From a virus: 64,000 bases of DNA. The notes under the pieces were generated by a model. It searched no databases, was not told the origin of the DNA, and worked only from the letters and a program-made list of their open reading frames with translations. The translations under genes and the position numbers were made by a program. The stretch covers positions 1 through 64,000 of the IMG/VR virus record IMGVR_UViG_3300023109_000014; one strand, 5' to 3'. The number at the start of each line of letters is the position of its first letter. Position 1 is the first letter of the stretch. Shown here piece after piece: positions 1 to 10,196 of this stretch.

Positions 1-219
1 GTAAACATATAACAAATAAATAAGAAGCAAATAAAGAACAAATAAATATGACTTAAATAAATAATAATTCAAATACAATTATCGGCGAAATAAACATATA
101 GTGTAAGTCACTGAAGGGCAACGCTTTGTGCAAATCGCCAGGCGAATTTAAAAAGTCAAGCATAAAGTTTATCAAAATTAAGGGTTGACAAGCAGAGTTG
201 ATTATACTATATTATAGTT

Positions 220-444
220 ATGACAGATTTTATTGCAGACATGAAAGCATCTCTCGAAAGATGGAAAAGCCCAAAAGATTCTCAACCTCGCAAAGGTATG
301 ATGGTATACTTAGACAAAAGCACACCAATTCTCGTGCAGTACGCCAACGAAGATAGTTTCAACCACGCCAAGACGATTACTTCTCGCAAGGGTCAGCAAT
401 CTTGTCTTAGAAATGTAACACCAAACGGAGGAAAACTACAATGA
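220..444 (+). CDS. hypothetical early protein
   Basis: 74 aa ORF; TTGACA(185)-17-TATATT promoter ends 6 nt before ATG. Confidence 0.6.
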   Translation: MTDFIADMKASLERWKSPKDSQPRKGMMVYLDKSTPILVQYANEDSFNHAKTITSRKGQQSCLRNVTPNGGKLQ

Positions 445-632
445 TACTAACACAACCTAATCAAATCGCACAATTCAGAGCAAAAACCTTACTAAGAGGC
501 TTAAAGTTAGAAACTTTAGGAATGACCAAAAGAGGGCAGTCTTGCTATAGCATTATTAAGTCAGAATATGGTCTTAAAGGTAGCAAACAAAAAGTTTACG
601 ATCAATTCAAGAAAATCCTTGACATGGGTTAA
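441..632 (+). CDS. hypothetical phage protein
   Basis: 63 aa ORF with ATGA overlap to previous gene, GGAGG-like SD. Confidence 0.65.
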   Translation: MILTQPNQIAQFRAKTLLRGLKLETLGMTKRGQSCYSIIKSEYGLKGSKQKVYDQFKKILDMG

Positions 633-654
633 AACAAGAACTAGAATGACTACT

Positions 655-1869
655 ATGCAAAAACTTGATAAACTATACAAAATTGACTCCCTCGGTAAAT
701 TAAGAGAGTGGACAATGGTAATCGATGGAAACGCTTTCTACGCTGAGAAAGGTTTAGTCGGAGGTAAAATTCGATGCGATAAACCAACAACTACAACTAG
801 CAAGAACGAAGGCAAGAAAAATGCCACAACTGATATCGAACAAGCATTGGTTGAAGCAAAAGCTAGGTGGATAAAGAAACTTAAAGAGGGTTATGCCAAA
901 ACCCCCAAAGAAGCAGAGACAACTGCATTTTATGAACCCATGCTTGCACAAAAGTTTGAAGATAGGCAAAAAGAAATCAACAAATCTTTTTCAGATAACA
1001 TTGCCGTATGGAGTCAACCAAAACTAGATGGTATTCGTTGCATCATTCGTTCAGAAAATTGGGAAGTTGTTGCTCGAACACGCAAAGGTACAAGAATTGA
1101 TATGATTCCCCATGTATGCAAAGCATTGATGGAATTCTTCAACGAGTACCCCAATGCTATTTTGGATGGAGAGTTGTACAATCACGATTTGAAGCACGAC
1201 TTCAACAAGATTGTATCTCTTGTGCGTAAGCAAGCCCCCAAAAGAGGAAAAAATGACTCAGAAAAAGCGTGGGAAAAAAAGCTTAGAGCATATGCAGATA
1301 GACTTGACGAGGCAGAGAAATTGGTTCAGTATTGGATATATGATATTCCACGATTTAGCGAAGATTGGCACAATGAGTCAACCCCATTTGCTTCAAGAAT
1401 GTTTAACTTTCAAAGTTGCTATATGAGTATGGACGATTCAACACAAGATTACATAAAGTTAGTACATCCTACTTCTTGCAAGAATCACGATGACTTAGAT
1501 TTGTTTTACGGAAGTTATACAGATGAAGGGTACGAAGGGCAAATGGTAAGACTGAATTGTCCTTACGAAAGCAAAAGAAGTAAAAGTTTGCTCAAACGCA
1601 AAGAATTTCAAGATGCAGAATATAAAGTTATGGACATTGAAGAAGGTAATGGAAACAGAGGGGGAACTGCAAAACATTTGGTGTGTTATTGCCCCGAAGT
1701 AGATAAAACTTTTCACTCTAACATAAAAGGGTCATTTGATTATCTTGCAGAGATTTTGCAAAACAAAGATAATTACATTGGCAAACTCGCAACAATCAAA
1801 TTCTTTGAACTAACTCCTGATGGAGTGCCAAGATTCCCATATGCCATTGCATTTAGGGATTACGAATAA
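655..1869 (+). CDS. lig: ATP-dependent DNA ligase (N-terminal WGR-like extension)
   Basis: PMLA, motif I QPKLDGIRC, LDGELY, EGQMVR, LLKRK, C-terminal GVPRFP; start moved from 568 to ATG 655 because TTGACA(619)-17-TAGAAT lies just upstream. Confidence 0.93.
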   Translation: MQKLDKLYKIDSLGKLREWTMVIDGNAFYAEKGLVGGKIRCDKPTTTTSKNEGKKNATTDIEQALVEAKARWIKKLKEGYAKTPKEAETTAFYEPMLAQKFEDRQKEINKSFSDNIAVWSQPKLDGIRCIIRSENWEVVARTRKGTRIDMIPHVCKALMEFFNEYPNAILDGELYNHDLKHDFNKIVSLVRKQAPKRGKNDSEKAWEKKLRAYADRLDEAEKLVQYWIYDIPRFSEDWHNESTPFASRMFNFQSCYMSMDDSTQDYIKLVHPTSCKNHDDLDLFYGSYTDEGYEGQMVRLNCPYESKRSKSLLKRKEFQDAEYKVMDIEEGNGNRGGTAKHLVCYCPEVDKTFHSNIKGSFDYLAEILQNKDNYIGKLATIKFFELTPDGVPRFPYAIAFRDYE

Positions 1870-1890
1870 AAACAACCAACCCATGCTAAA

Positions 1891-2478
1891 ATGATTGATC
1901 CAAAAAAAGTAACTAATTATAAAAGAACTAAATCCGAACTGCAAGAATTCCTTTTGTTCTGTATTTGTGTCGCGGGCAAAAAAAGTACTATTGAAGCACC
2001 TAAGCTTGATAGATTTTTGAATTCACTTAAAAAAAGGTTTAAGTTAGAGGAACCTTTTGCTTTGATTGAATCCGCGAAAGAAGACGGAAGTCTTTGGGAT
2101 GAAATGCAAGAACATAGAATTGCTCCGTATGGACAAAGGTACAATAGTTTTGTGGATGTTATTTCAAAGCTTGATGCGTACAATCTAGAAGAATCTACTC
2201 TTGATCAATTACAATCGATTAGAGGTATTAGTACAAAGACTAGTAGGTTCTTTCTTACTCATTCTGTTGAGAAGTTTGATGATCCCGTTCTAGATACGCA
2301 TATCCTTAAATTTCTAACTGATTTCGGTTACAAAGATGTGCCAAAGTCAACCCCTCAAAACCCAAAGGTGTACGAAAGATTTTCTAAACTATTTCGTAGT
2401 ATCGCTAGATTTGAGGGAAAAAGTGTTGCAGATTTTGACTTAGAGATATGGACAAAATATTCCTACGGAAACGCTTGA
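1891..2478 (+). CDS. HhH-GPD family DNA glycosylase/AP lyase (OGG/EndoIII-like)
   Basis: HhH LQSIRGISTKTSRFFL followed by VLDTHI (catalytic Lys and Asp positions); ends DLEIW. Confidence 0.75.
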   Translation: MIDPKKVTNYKRTKSELQEFLLFCICVAGKKSTIEAPKLDRFLNSLKKRFKLEEPFALIESAKEDGSLWDEMQEHRIAPYGQRYNSFVDVISKLDAYNLEESTLDQLQSIRGISTKTSRFFLTHSVEKFDDPVLDTHILKFLTDFGYKDVPKSTPQNPKVYERFSKLFRSIARFEGKSVADFDLEIWTKYSYGNA

Positions 2479-2510
2479 CAAATTAAGATAACTTATATAA
2501 CATTATTATT

Positions 2511-3305
2511 ATGAAAATTGCTAAACAATCCGTCCTTGGTTTTATGGAAGATGTCTACCCTTTAGGGATAGATACGAGTTATTTTACAAATTGGCTCGAT
2601 TCTATTGATGAAGATAGAATGAAAACATATCAAAGTTATTGGGAGTCTCTTCGACCCAAAACAGAAGCTGACTTTATTAGAGTGTGGTTATTCGCCTTTA
2701 TGAGTATACATACCACATGGGAGAGTAATGTTAGAGGTTACGAAGCATTGAAAGACTTAAAGTGGATGAACGATAAAAAACTCTTACGAGAAAAGCTTGT
2801 AGAATGTAGAGCAGGTTTGTACAACATGAGAACAGATAGGTTGTGGAAATTTCGCAATCAATGGCTAAAGGATTCTAGCCAATTTTACAAAAAAACCAAT
2901 GAAGCTTGGCAAGATTACAGAGATCGTTTGACTGATAATGTGTATGGCATTGGTCTTGCGAAAACATCATTCGTAATTGAGATGGCATATCCAAATGCAG
3001 ATATCTGTTGTCTAGATGTTCATATCTTGCGTTACCTTGGTAGAGAACAAGAAAATGGATCTCTCAACAAGAAGACTTACCGAATCCGAGAAAATTATTG
3101 GATTGACGAATGCAGAAAAAGAAACTATGATCCAGCGATGGTAAGGCATTATTATTGGGATGATATGAAGGGATATAATGATACTCGTTATTGGTCATAT
3201 GTTCTAGAAGGTCAAAAACGATTCGACTTATCTTTATTTACTCAAAAACTTAAACATAAAATTACATCATGGACACCAAAGAAGACAGAATTACAAGCAG
3301 TTTAG
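2511..3305 (+). CDS. second HhH-GPD family DNA glycosylase-like protein
   Basis: HhH VYGIGLAKTSF followed by CLDVHILRYL. Confidence 0.7.
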   Translation: MKIAKQSVLGFMEDVYPLGIDTSYFTNWLDSIDEDRMKTYQSYWESLRPKTEADFIRVWLFAFMSIHTTWESNVRGYEALKDLKWMNDKKLLREKLVECRAGLYNMRTDRLWKFRNQWLKDSSQFYKKTNEAWQDYRDRLTDNVYGIGLAKTSFVIEMAYPNADICCLDVHILRYLGREQENGSLNKKTYRIRENYWIDECRKRNYDPAMVRHYYWDDMKGYNDTRYWSYVLEGQKRFDLSLFTQKLKHKITSWTPKKTELQAV

Positions 3306-3514
3306 ACGAGGAGGCGATAGTGTATACAGAATATGCAGACGCACTAATTGGGGTTGACTCGAAAGGTCGAGCAACCTACAATCTTGAAAAATGTATTAAC
3401 ATACTTATTGAAAGAGATGGTATGGATTACGAAGAGGCGACAGAATATTTTTGGTTCAATACTGAGGGGGCTTACTTTGGAGAACTAACTCCTTTGTTTG
3501 TTGAAGTATACTAA
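3269..3514 (+). CDS. conserved phage hypothetical protein
   Basis: 81 aa, DALIG...DGMDYEEATEYFWFN..GAY pattern recalled from uncultured phages. Confidence 0.6.
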   Translation: MDTKEDRITSSLDEEAIVYTEYADALIGVDSKGRATYNLEKCINILIERDGMDYEEATEYFWFNTEGAYFGELTPLFVEVY

Positions 3515-3777
3515 GTGGATGCGGTTACGCTTTTTATAATCATCTCTGCTTACTTTTTTTACCTCAAACTGAAATGAATATATCTGAAATCGAGTCTTAT
3601 TTTGATGCAATAGATTTTTTCGATAAAGTGTTTGACAAGGGCAAAATGAGCGCGGAAGAAACAGTAAAGAAAATGTATAAACATTGGCCAAATACCACTC
3701 TAAGGTTAACCGCTCAAGGTTTTTTTATGGCAATAGTAGAAAGAAATTAGTTTAGTTCAAATAGCATGGTAGCAATA

Positions 3778-3804
3778 GCCTTAGGGGCGTAAACCCCTGA
3801 GGCT
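3778..3804 (+). terminator. GC hairpin preceding palindrome copy
   Basis: gccttaggggcgtaaacccctgaggc followed by ttagctgttt. Confidence 0.5.
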
Positions 3805-3907
3805 TAGCTGTTTATAAAATCGCCCGCCGATTTCATGCCAACTTTTAAAATATTTTTTTCTCAGAAAAAAGCTTGACTTTATACGATAAAGTGTCAAACT
3901 AACATAT

Positions 3908-4309
3908 ATGATACCACTAGCTAAGAAGTTGCAAACTAGATACAAACTAAACCTTAACAAACCCGTCTTTGTTTATAAAAACCTTCATCGAGATTGTTGG
4001 AGCGTCAAGCAAGATGGCTTAGTCAAGACTCACGCCCAAAACATAACCATGCATAGTTGCACTTTTAAGGTTAATAAAAATGGTAGGGAAAAAGTATTAA
4101 CAGAGAAAAGAAAGAATGTCCATGCGGGAGTACTTGGTTATATAGAAAAATGGATAGATTTAGATTGGGAGAAGAATCATTCTACCGCCCGACCCGTAAC
4201 ATATAATCCATATAAGTATAAGAATTTTGTTGACAAAGACACGGAACAAATGGTAGATTACTCTATTGCAGTTAAACTAGAAGGAAACCATGTATTGGCA
4301 GTATTATGA
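3908..4309 (+). CDS. conserved phage hypothetical protein
   Basis: VYKNLH...WSVK...GREKVL.EKRKNVHA...VTYNPYK pattern. Confidence 0.7.
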   Translation: MIPLAKKLQTRYKLNLNKPVFVYKNLHRDCWSVKQDGLVKTHAQNITMHSCTFKVNKNGREKVLTEKRKNVHAGVLGYIEKWIDLDWEKNHSTARPVTYNPYKYKNFVDKDTEQMVDYSIAVKLEGNHVLAVL

Positions 4310-4616
4310 ATGAAACACAAATGACAAAAACAAAATTGAAAAAAGAAATCTTAGATGAATTTGATTATTTATCACCAAAAGAGTTAATTCAAATTTTCGA
4401 GATGATTTTCGGAAATGGCGAAGTAAAGCTTAACGAAGTAGATTGGAGCAAGTAATTATGACCCTTATTGACCACATTATTCTTTTACCATCAGCTATAG
4501 CAGTTTTTGGTTTTATTTGGCACATGACATATGAGACATTCTTTGCAGAAGATAAAAGCGAAGATCTTTTCAAATTAGTTGTTGACAACAACAACAAACA
4601 AGGTTAGATTATTATT

Positions 4617-4844
4617 ATGAAAAACATTGCAGAAAAACTCGCAGAAATCAAACAATGCTTTTTGGGTAACTTGCGTTACGCTGACCCAAGCGACCCAATC
4701 AATTTGGAACGAGCTAAACAGGTAGGTGTTAAAGGTTTTGCGATTCAGTCGCTTGATGAAGCACTAGCAGATGCCATTGCTGATTGCCAAGATGCTCATT
4801 ATGAGTATTTATTAGAAGAATCTAGAGAAGGAGCTTCTTTATAA
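4617..4844 (+). CDS. hypothetical protein
   Basis: ORF with TTGACA(4582)-17-TAGATT 6 nt before ATG. Confidence 0.65.
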   Translation: MKNIAEKLAEIKQCFLGNLRYADPSDPINLERAKQVGVKGFAIQSLDEALADAIADCQDAHYEYLLEESREGASL

Positions 4845-5251
4845 TGGGTTTAGATCAATACGCTTACGCTCGTCCTCCACGCAAACGCAATGGAGATGAC
4901 GATGAACAGATTGCCGAATGGCGAAAGCATAATCGCTTGCAAGGTTGGATGGAGCAGTTGTGGAACGATAAAGGATGCCCTAATGCAGATGAGAGTGACA
5001 ATTTCAACTGCGTTGCACTTCAAATCACAGAAGAGGACTTAATCAATCTAGAAGATGCAATCGACAACTTTGAACTGCCCGAATCCAATGGTTTCTTTTG
5101 GGGAAGTGATTCTTATTTTTGGACAGATGAAAATGACGAGCCATTTCCCGAAAACGAATATTGGTATAAAGAATCAGATCTTAATTTTGTAAAAGATGCA
5201 AAAAAGATGCTTGACAAAGGTTATCGAATTTATTATAGTAGTTGGTATTGA
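4844..5251 (+). CDS. conserved phage protein (MGLD...WRKHN family)
   Basis: MGLDQY, WRKHNRLQGWM, GFFWG, terminal YYSSW. Confidence 0.75.
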   Translation: MGLDQYAYARPPRKRNGDDDEQIAEWRKHNRLQGWMEQLWNDKGCPNADESDNFNCVALQITEEDLINLEDAIDNFELPESNGFFWGSDSYFWTDENDEPFPENEYWYKESDLNFVKDAKKMLDKGYRIYYSSWY

Positions 5252-5259
5252 TAAAAACT

Positions 5260-5511
5260 ATGAAAACACTAAAAGATATAATTTCCCAAATGGGCTTCGT
5301 AAACTCTCTACAATGCGATGAACTTGCAGAACATTTCCCTCATACTAGAGTTGTTATTCAATGGGGCGGAATGCCTCGTGAGCGAGTGTCTGCTTTTGAG
5401 GTTGCAAAAAGAATTAAGTATGTAGAAGATAATGACATTGATTATGTAAGGCAATGCTTTATATGTTCTAAAGAATATAATATGTTGAAAGAAGTATTTG
5501 GGGTTGCATAA
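5260..5511 (+). CDS. hypothetical protein
   Basis: ORF track 5242..5511; ATG 5260 preferred. Confidence 0.6.
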   Translation: MKTLKDIISQMGFVNSLQCDELAEHFPHTRVVIQWGGMPRERVSAFEVAKRIKYVEDNDIDYVRQCFICSKEYNMLKEVFGVA

Positions 5512-5657
5512 TGAACTTAGAGGAAGCAATAGAACTGATTCAAGAGCAACTTAAGCTCGGCGAAAGAATGGTCATTACTAAAACCACATTTTCTTTAGAG
5601 GAGAATGATGATGATATTGATCTTGACATGATTAACCAAATGTACAATAATTAAGAT

Positions 5658-5906
5658 ATGAAGCAAAAAGAATATATAGATGCAGTATGCGACCACGACC
5701 AATTTGGTATAAAGCCACCTATTTCTGACGAGGTAGAACATGACCAAGATGCAGATATGTGGAGGTTATGGTTTGAATTTAGGAACGAATTTACGGGCGA
5801 AGAGGATATAATTCCTGTTCATTTTGAAACAAAGGAGGATGCAGATGAAGCAATACAAGAAATCAACAATACTAGAATTTTTCAAGAAGAGCGTAAAAGT
5901 GCTTGA
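5658..5906 (+). CDS. acidic hypothetical protein
   Basis: ORF preceded by TTGACA(5623) promoter. Confidence 0.6.
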   Translation: MKQKEYIDAVCDHDQFGIKPPISDEVEHDQDADMWRLWFEFRNEFTGEEDIIPVHFETKEDADEAIQEINNTRIFQEERKSA

Positions 5907-5940
5907 CTTTATACATCGTATATGCGATAATACTAACATA

Positions 5941-6231
5941 ATGAAGAAAATGAAAATGAAGAAACTAACTACTACTATAACTAATTTGCTTGGTCGAGGA
6001 ACTGCCATTGCAAGCTTTGACTACAACGGAACAACTCGAAATGTTGTTATTGGTGCTAACGCATCTTCTCAAGGAGAGAGGGTTTGGGGAGCAATGACCA
6101 ATCGAGCCATTATCGAGCATAAAGGTAACGCTTACTTATCCGCAAGGGTAAACAATGATCCTGCGGGTTATGTTAAAGCTTTTCGACTCGATAAGATCAG
6201 CAATTTTAAGGTAGACGGATCAGTCGTCTAG
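5941..6231 (+). CDS. WYL/Sm-like domain protein
   Basis: SFDYNGTTRNV...VKAFRLDKISNFKV resembles the WYL RxFRLDRI signature; followed by terminator. Confidence 0.55.
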   Translation: MKKMKMKKLTTTITNLLGRGTAIASFDYNGTTRNVVIGANASSQGERVWGAMTNRAIIEHKGNAYLSARVNNDPAGYVKAFRLDKISNFKVDGSVV

Positions 6232-6255
6232 TCTAGCAAGTTAGTAGCGGTGTTA

Positions 6256-6287
6256 AGCGGGGTCTGCGTAGCGGACCCCGTTTTTTT
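6256..6287 (+). terminator. rho-independent terminator
   Basis: gcggggtctgc-gta-gcggaccccg followed by a T-run. Confidence 0.85.
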
Positions 6288-6638
6288 ATACCCACTTAAA
6301 TAGGTTGCCTTAAATAGTATAATGTTTGGCACAAAAATCGCCAGCCGATTTAATGCCACAAATTGCATGGTATATCAAGCATAATGACGGCTAAACACAG
6401 AAAGGCTAAGGGTTTAGGCTTAAAACTTAACTTATGCATCTTATATCATGCATTCCTCATTGTTTCAAAAAAACTTATCAAATTAAGTATTTTTTGCTTG
6501 CGTTTAACATAAAAAAGTTTATTATTGTATATATAGAATGAAAAAGATCAAAGTAAGAAAACCAATTTTATTTACTAAGTCTCGACCACATAAGGTCAAG
6601 AAGGTAATCCATCGCAAACTAAAACATAAAGAACAATT

Positions 6639-6869
6639 ATGAATATTAACGAAAATTATATAGAACAAGATATGCCAAGTGCAGTTCAGATCACAAACCT
6701 TGTCATGGATTCATTATTTGATATTGCTATCAAGCCTATGGAATCGAAACTTAACGAACAGCAAACAGCTTTAGTTGTCGAAGCGGGCATAGCGTTAAAG
6801 ATTATCGCTAAAGAGGCAGACGCTTATAGAAAACTAAAATTACACGGAAACGAATATTATAAAAATTAA
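6639..6869 (+). CDS. hypothetical protein
   Basis: 76 aa ORF in co-oriented run. Confidence 0.55.
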   Translation: MNINENYIEQDMPSAVQITNLVMDSLFDIAIKPMESKLNEQQTALVVEAGIALKIIAKEADAYRKLKLHGNEYYKN

Positions 6870-6937
6870 GTGTTGACAATTGCACGAAAATTTAAGATAA
6901 TTATAAACATAACCTAATCAAACGAAAGAAAAAAATT

Positions 6938-7690
6938 ATGAATAGACTAAACCTAAACATCTGCGGTGGCGAACATACTAAAGTAGGCTTTGATGAAGTC
7001 TGTGCGGTGGAAACACCTCAAGCTACCGATACTTGGAGACCAATTAGCCATAGCTACCTCATTGATAGAGTTCGCTCTCACCTTGACGATAATGGATACG
7101 ATATCGTTGCAGAGAATCATAACCTCGCTCGCTTCGGTCAACGCTATTTTGGGTTATTCCAAGTAAACGATAAGAATAGAGAAGATGAAGATCGGGGTAC
7201 TATTCTTGGTCTTCGTAATGCTCATGACAAATGCTTTCCTGCAGGACTTTGTGCAGGTGACGCCCCTTTCGTGTGTGACAACCTTGTTTTTCACAATGAG
7301 ATTGTGCTTGCTCGTAGGCATACTAAAAACATCATGACCGACCTTCCTCAAGTCATTGCTCGTACCATTGGCAAGTTGTCGGGAATGTGGAATACTCAAG
7401 ACAAGAGGATAGACGCTTATAAAGATTTCGAGGTTACAAACGCTCAAGCTAATGATCTTGTCATTCGTGCTTATCAGTCGGGTGCAATCAGCAAGGCTAA
7501 AATTGCAGATGTTGTTACTCAATGGCAAACGCCCGAACACCCCGAATTTAAGGATCGCAACATGAATTCCTTATACAATGGTTTTACTGCGGTATTGCGT
7601 GGTGGAGTCATGCAATTACCAAAGCGTTCTGATGCTTTGCATTCTGTGCTTGACTCAGAAGTCGGTCTAACTCTCTCAACTAAATCTTAA
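6938..7690 (+). CDS. DUF932/DUF945 family protein
   Basis: TDTWRPISH, LGLRNAHDK, FVCDNL, RRHT, LYNGFT motifs. Confidence 0.8.
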   Translation: MNRLNLNICGGEHTKVGFDEVCAVETPQATDTWRPISHSYLIDRVRSHLDDNGYDIVAENHNLARFGQRYFGLFQVNDKNREDEDRGTILGLRNAHDKCFPAGLCAGDAPFVCDNLVFHNEIVLARRHTKNIMTDLPQVIARTIGKLSGMWNTQDKRIDAYKDFEVTNAQANDLVIRAYQSGAISKAKIADVVTQWQTPEHPEFKDRNMNSLYNGFTAVLRGGVMQLPKRSDALHSVLDSEVGLTLSTKS

Positions 7691-7709
7691 TTCTAAGAAA
7701 GGATATACT

Positions 7710-7952
7710 ATGAAACATCATAATCTCTCAAGCGTACTCAATAACCTTCAAGGACGATTTGTTTCGGTTCTTGTAAAGAATGGGCAGACCCGTCAAGCCT
7801 ATTCAGCAAAGCTAGTTGGGCATTCTCCTTCAACTGTAACTTTTGTAGACACAAACGAAAACAAAGGGCGGAATTACCGCAAGGTAGATCGTAAATCTAT
7901 TATTGGCCTTAAAAGCGGATCAAATAGTTTTCGAAGAACAAAACAGCTTTAG
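7710..7952 (+). CDS. hypothetical basic protein (Sm/SH3-like)
   Basis: 80 aa ORF with AAGGA SD. Confidence 0.6.
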   Translation: MKHHNLSSVLNNLQGRFVSVLVKNGQTRQAYSAKLVGHSPSTVTFVDTNENKGRNYRKVDRKSIIGLKSGSNSFRRTKQL

Positions 7953-7976
7953 GTTAATAGGTAGTAGTCAAATAGT

Positions 7977-7999
7977 CCCAAGGGCGCAAGCCCTTGGGG
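7977..7999 (+). terminator. GC hairpin with GCAA loop preceding palindrome copy
   Basis: cccaagggc-gcaa-gcccttggg followed by gcttaactgttt. Confidence 0.55.
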
Positions 8000-8127
8000 C
8001 TTAACTGTTTGTGAAATCGCCTGCCGATTTCGTGCCAATTTTAAAAAGTTAATTTTAGAAAAAAAAGGGTTGACTTTAAGTTAATTTACTTCATAATTGT
8101 ATACATAACACTAAAGAAAGGATTGCT

Positions 8128-8328
8128 ATGAAAAGAATTGTAAAAATACTAATGGAAAGAGACCAACTAAGCAAAGAAGATGCTATTCGCCAAACGGCCA
8201 CATTTTTTCGTGAAATGTCCGAAGATATTGCAACGGGCGGAGATCCGTCTGAATGGGAAGACAACTTTATGTCCGAGTTCGGATTAGAGCCAGATTTTTT
8301 CGAAGATTTGCTTTTTAGGCTTGCATAA
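8128..8328 (+). CDS. conserved phage hypothetical protein
   Basis: ILMERD...FGLEPD pattern; SD AAGGA. Confidence 0.65.
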   Translation: MKRIVKILMERDQLSKEDAIRQTATFFREMSEDIATGGDPSEWEDNFMSEFGLEPDFFEDLLFRLA

Positions 8329-8355
8329 ACCACTTAACTAGACTATATTCTATAT

Positions 8356-9084
8356 ATGATTACAACAACATTGCTTACTCAAGGAAACTCCAAAATTGTA
8401 AAGGGAGAAAAACTAGGATACATAACAAAGGGAATTCATTTTGCCCCCGCAAATCTTTCAGGGTTTGAAGTTTGCCAATGGCGGTCAAAAGGTTGTACAA
8501 TGTCTTGTCTTAACACGGCAGGTCGTGGGCAAATGAATTCTATTCAAAATTCACGCATTGCAAAGACAAAGTTATTTTTCAATCAACAATTAGATTTCCT
8601 TGCCAAGCTATCGAAAGAAATTTCTAATTCAATTAAGAGTGCAACAAAGAAAGGGATGAAGTCAGCTTTTAGACTCAATCTCACAAGCGACATTGCTTGG
8701 GAATCCGTTTTCTTGAATGAAGATCAGCCAAAATCAATTTTTGACAAGTTTTCATCAACTCAATTTTACGATTACACAAAGTCGTTCAAAAGAATGGCTC
8801 AGTATCTTGGCAAGGATAAAGAATTTCCTAGCAACTATCATTTGACTTTTTCGCTTTCCGAAACTAATCAAAAGCTTGGGGAAATGATTCTTGAAATGGG
8901 CGGTAATGTTGCCGTTGTATTTCGCAATCAATTACCTAAGACATGGAAAGGTTACGAAGTTGTCAATGGCGATGACAATGACCTTCGCTTTCTTGACAAG
9001 AAAGGTGTTGTTGTAGGGCTTATCGAGAAAGGTATGGCAAAGAAAGATTCAACGGGATTTGTAAAAGAAGGGATTGATTCTTAA
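8356..9084 (+). CDS. GP88-like phage protein (Cys-rich, possible Fe-S)
   Basis: C..RS.GC...CL..AGRG, FRLNLTSDI, QFYDYTK, NYHLTFS.SE, GD..DLRFLD. Confidence 0.75.
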   Translation: MITTTLLTQGNSKIVKGEKLGYITKGIHFAPANLSGFEVCQWRSKGCTMSCLNTAGRGQMNSIQNSRIAKTKLFFNQQLDFLAKLSKEISNSIKSATKKGMKSAFRLNLTSDIAWESVFLNEDQPKSIFDKFSSTQFYDYTKSFKRMAQYLGKDKEFPSNYHLTFSLSETNQKLGEMILEMGGNVAVVFRNQLPKTWKGYEVVNGDDNDLRFLDKKGVVVGLIEKGMAKKDSTGFVKEGIDS

Positions 9085-9128
9085 ATTAGTTATTGACAAA
9101 AGGCTTTTATTTATTCATTATTAGCATT

Positions 9129-9332
9129 ATGACAGATTACAACTTATTATTCGAATCAGGCGACACTTATTATGACTCAGCTTATGCAATGGACATTTCA
9201 CAGGATAGAGCGTTACAAGAATTGGCTAACCATGGAGTTACTACTAATGAGGGCATTGTAGAGTTTTATGAAGACATGGGAGACAAAGAGTCTTATCCTG
9301 CTCAAAAAGTGCTTGAATGGCTTGGCTATTGA
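9129..9332 (+). CDS. hypothetical protein
   Basis: ATG 9129 follows TTGACA(9093)-17-CATTAT; ends VLEWLGY. Confidence 0.6.
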   Translation: MTDYNLLFESGDTYYDSAYAMDISQDRALQELANHGVTTNEGIVEFYEDMGDKESYPAQKVLEWLGY

Positions 9333-9484
9333 ACCCTAAATAGGTCAAATAGAAATAGTTAACTTTTTAGGCGTATTGTAAATCGCCAGGCGATTTTTTT
9401 TGATTTAAATTCGATTTTATTTGACAAACTATCTTTTTTAGCTTAGTTTATATATATTAACGCTAATACTAACACATAATCAAA

Positions 9485-9718
9485 ATGACAGATACTACAT
9501 ATAACGGATGGACAAATCGCACAACATGGCTTATTAATGTATGGTACAACCCTACTACCGCAGACCTTGATTGGATCAGGGAGGACTTAGAAGATAAGGT
9601 TAACAAGCTAGCTGATTCAGAGCAGGTATCTGATAAAGTGCTTGCAGATATGATAAACCTTGAAGAGGTAAACTGGTCCGAATTGGAAGAAAGCTTAGAA
9701 GACCCCGAGGACGAGTAG
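9485..9718 (+). CDS. conserved phage protein (YNGWTN family)
   Basis: YNGWTNRTTWLINVW...EVNW.E. Confidence 0.7.
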   Translation: MTDTTYNGWTNRTTWLINVWYNPTTADLDWIREDLEDKVNKLADSEQVSDKVLADMINLEEVNWSELEESLEDPEDE

Positions 9719-9920
9719 GGGTCAAATCGCCAGCCGATTCCGTGCCAATTACTTAGCAGGAATCAATCTATATCGAAGCCGTTTTGCTCCCGTGTTTTGC
9801 ATTAGCCGTACTTTAAGCAAGGCATCTGCTTGCTTCTTATACATAGGGATAGATTCTGTTATCCATCCTGTTTTTTTTGTTAATGGAATTGATTGGAGAA
9901 TTAACATATTAGCCTTTTGT

Positions 9921-10196
9921 TTAGGATTCTATTTCGTGCCAAAATGAACTTACCGAGTTCATGTCGACTAGGTTTTCGTCAGAGTCAAAATCTTCCTCTT
10001 CTTCTTCTTTATGCTCAAGAGAATCAAATTCTTCTTGAATGTCTTCTTTCTTTGCTTCGATTAAGCCATGCTCTACAACTAGCTTTTCTGCTAATTGCTC
10101 TGCCTTCAATTCGTCTAAAAGATTTTTGAATTTAGAGGTAACTTTGTTACTTTCTGCGTTATCTACTGCTTGTTTTATTAGGTCAATGTTATTCAT
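9921..10196 (-). CDS. acidic hypothetical protein
   Basis: start ATG 10196 after TTGACT-17-TAGATT on minus strand; E/D-rich C-terminus. Confidence 0.6.
   Translation of the reverse strand: MNNIDLIKQAVDNAESNKVTSKFKNLLDELKAEQLAEKLVVEHGLIEAKKEDIQEEFDSLEHKEEEEEDFDSDENLVDMNSVSSFWHEIES

Noticed and set aside
568-654. Ligase N-terminal extension from 568
   Set aside because: Overlaps the previous gene and contains the promoter for ATG 655
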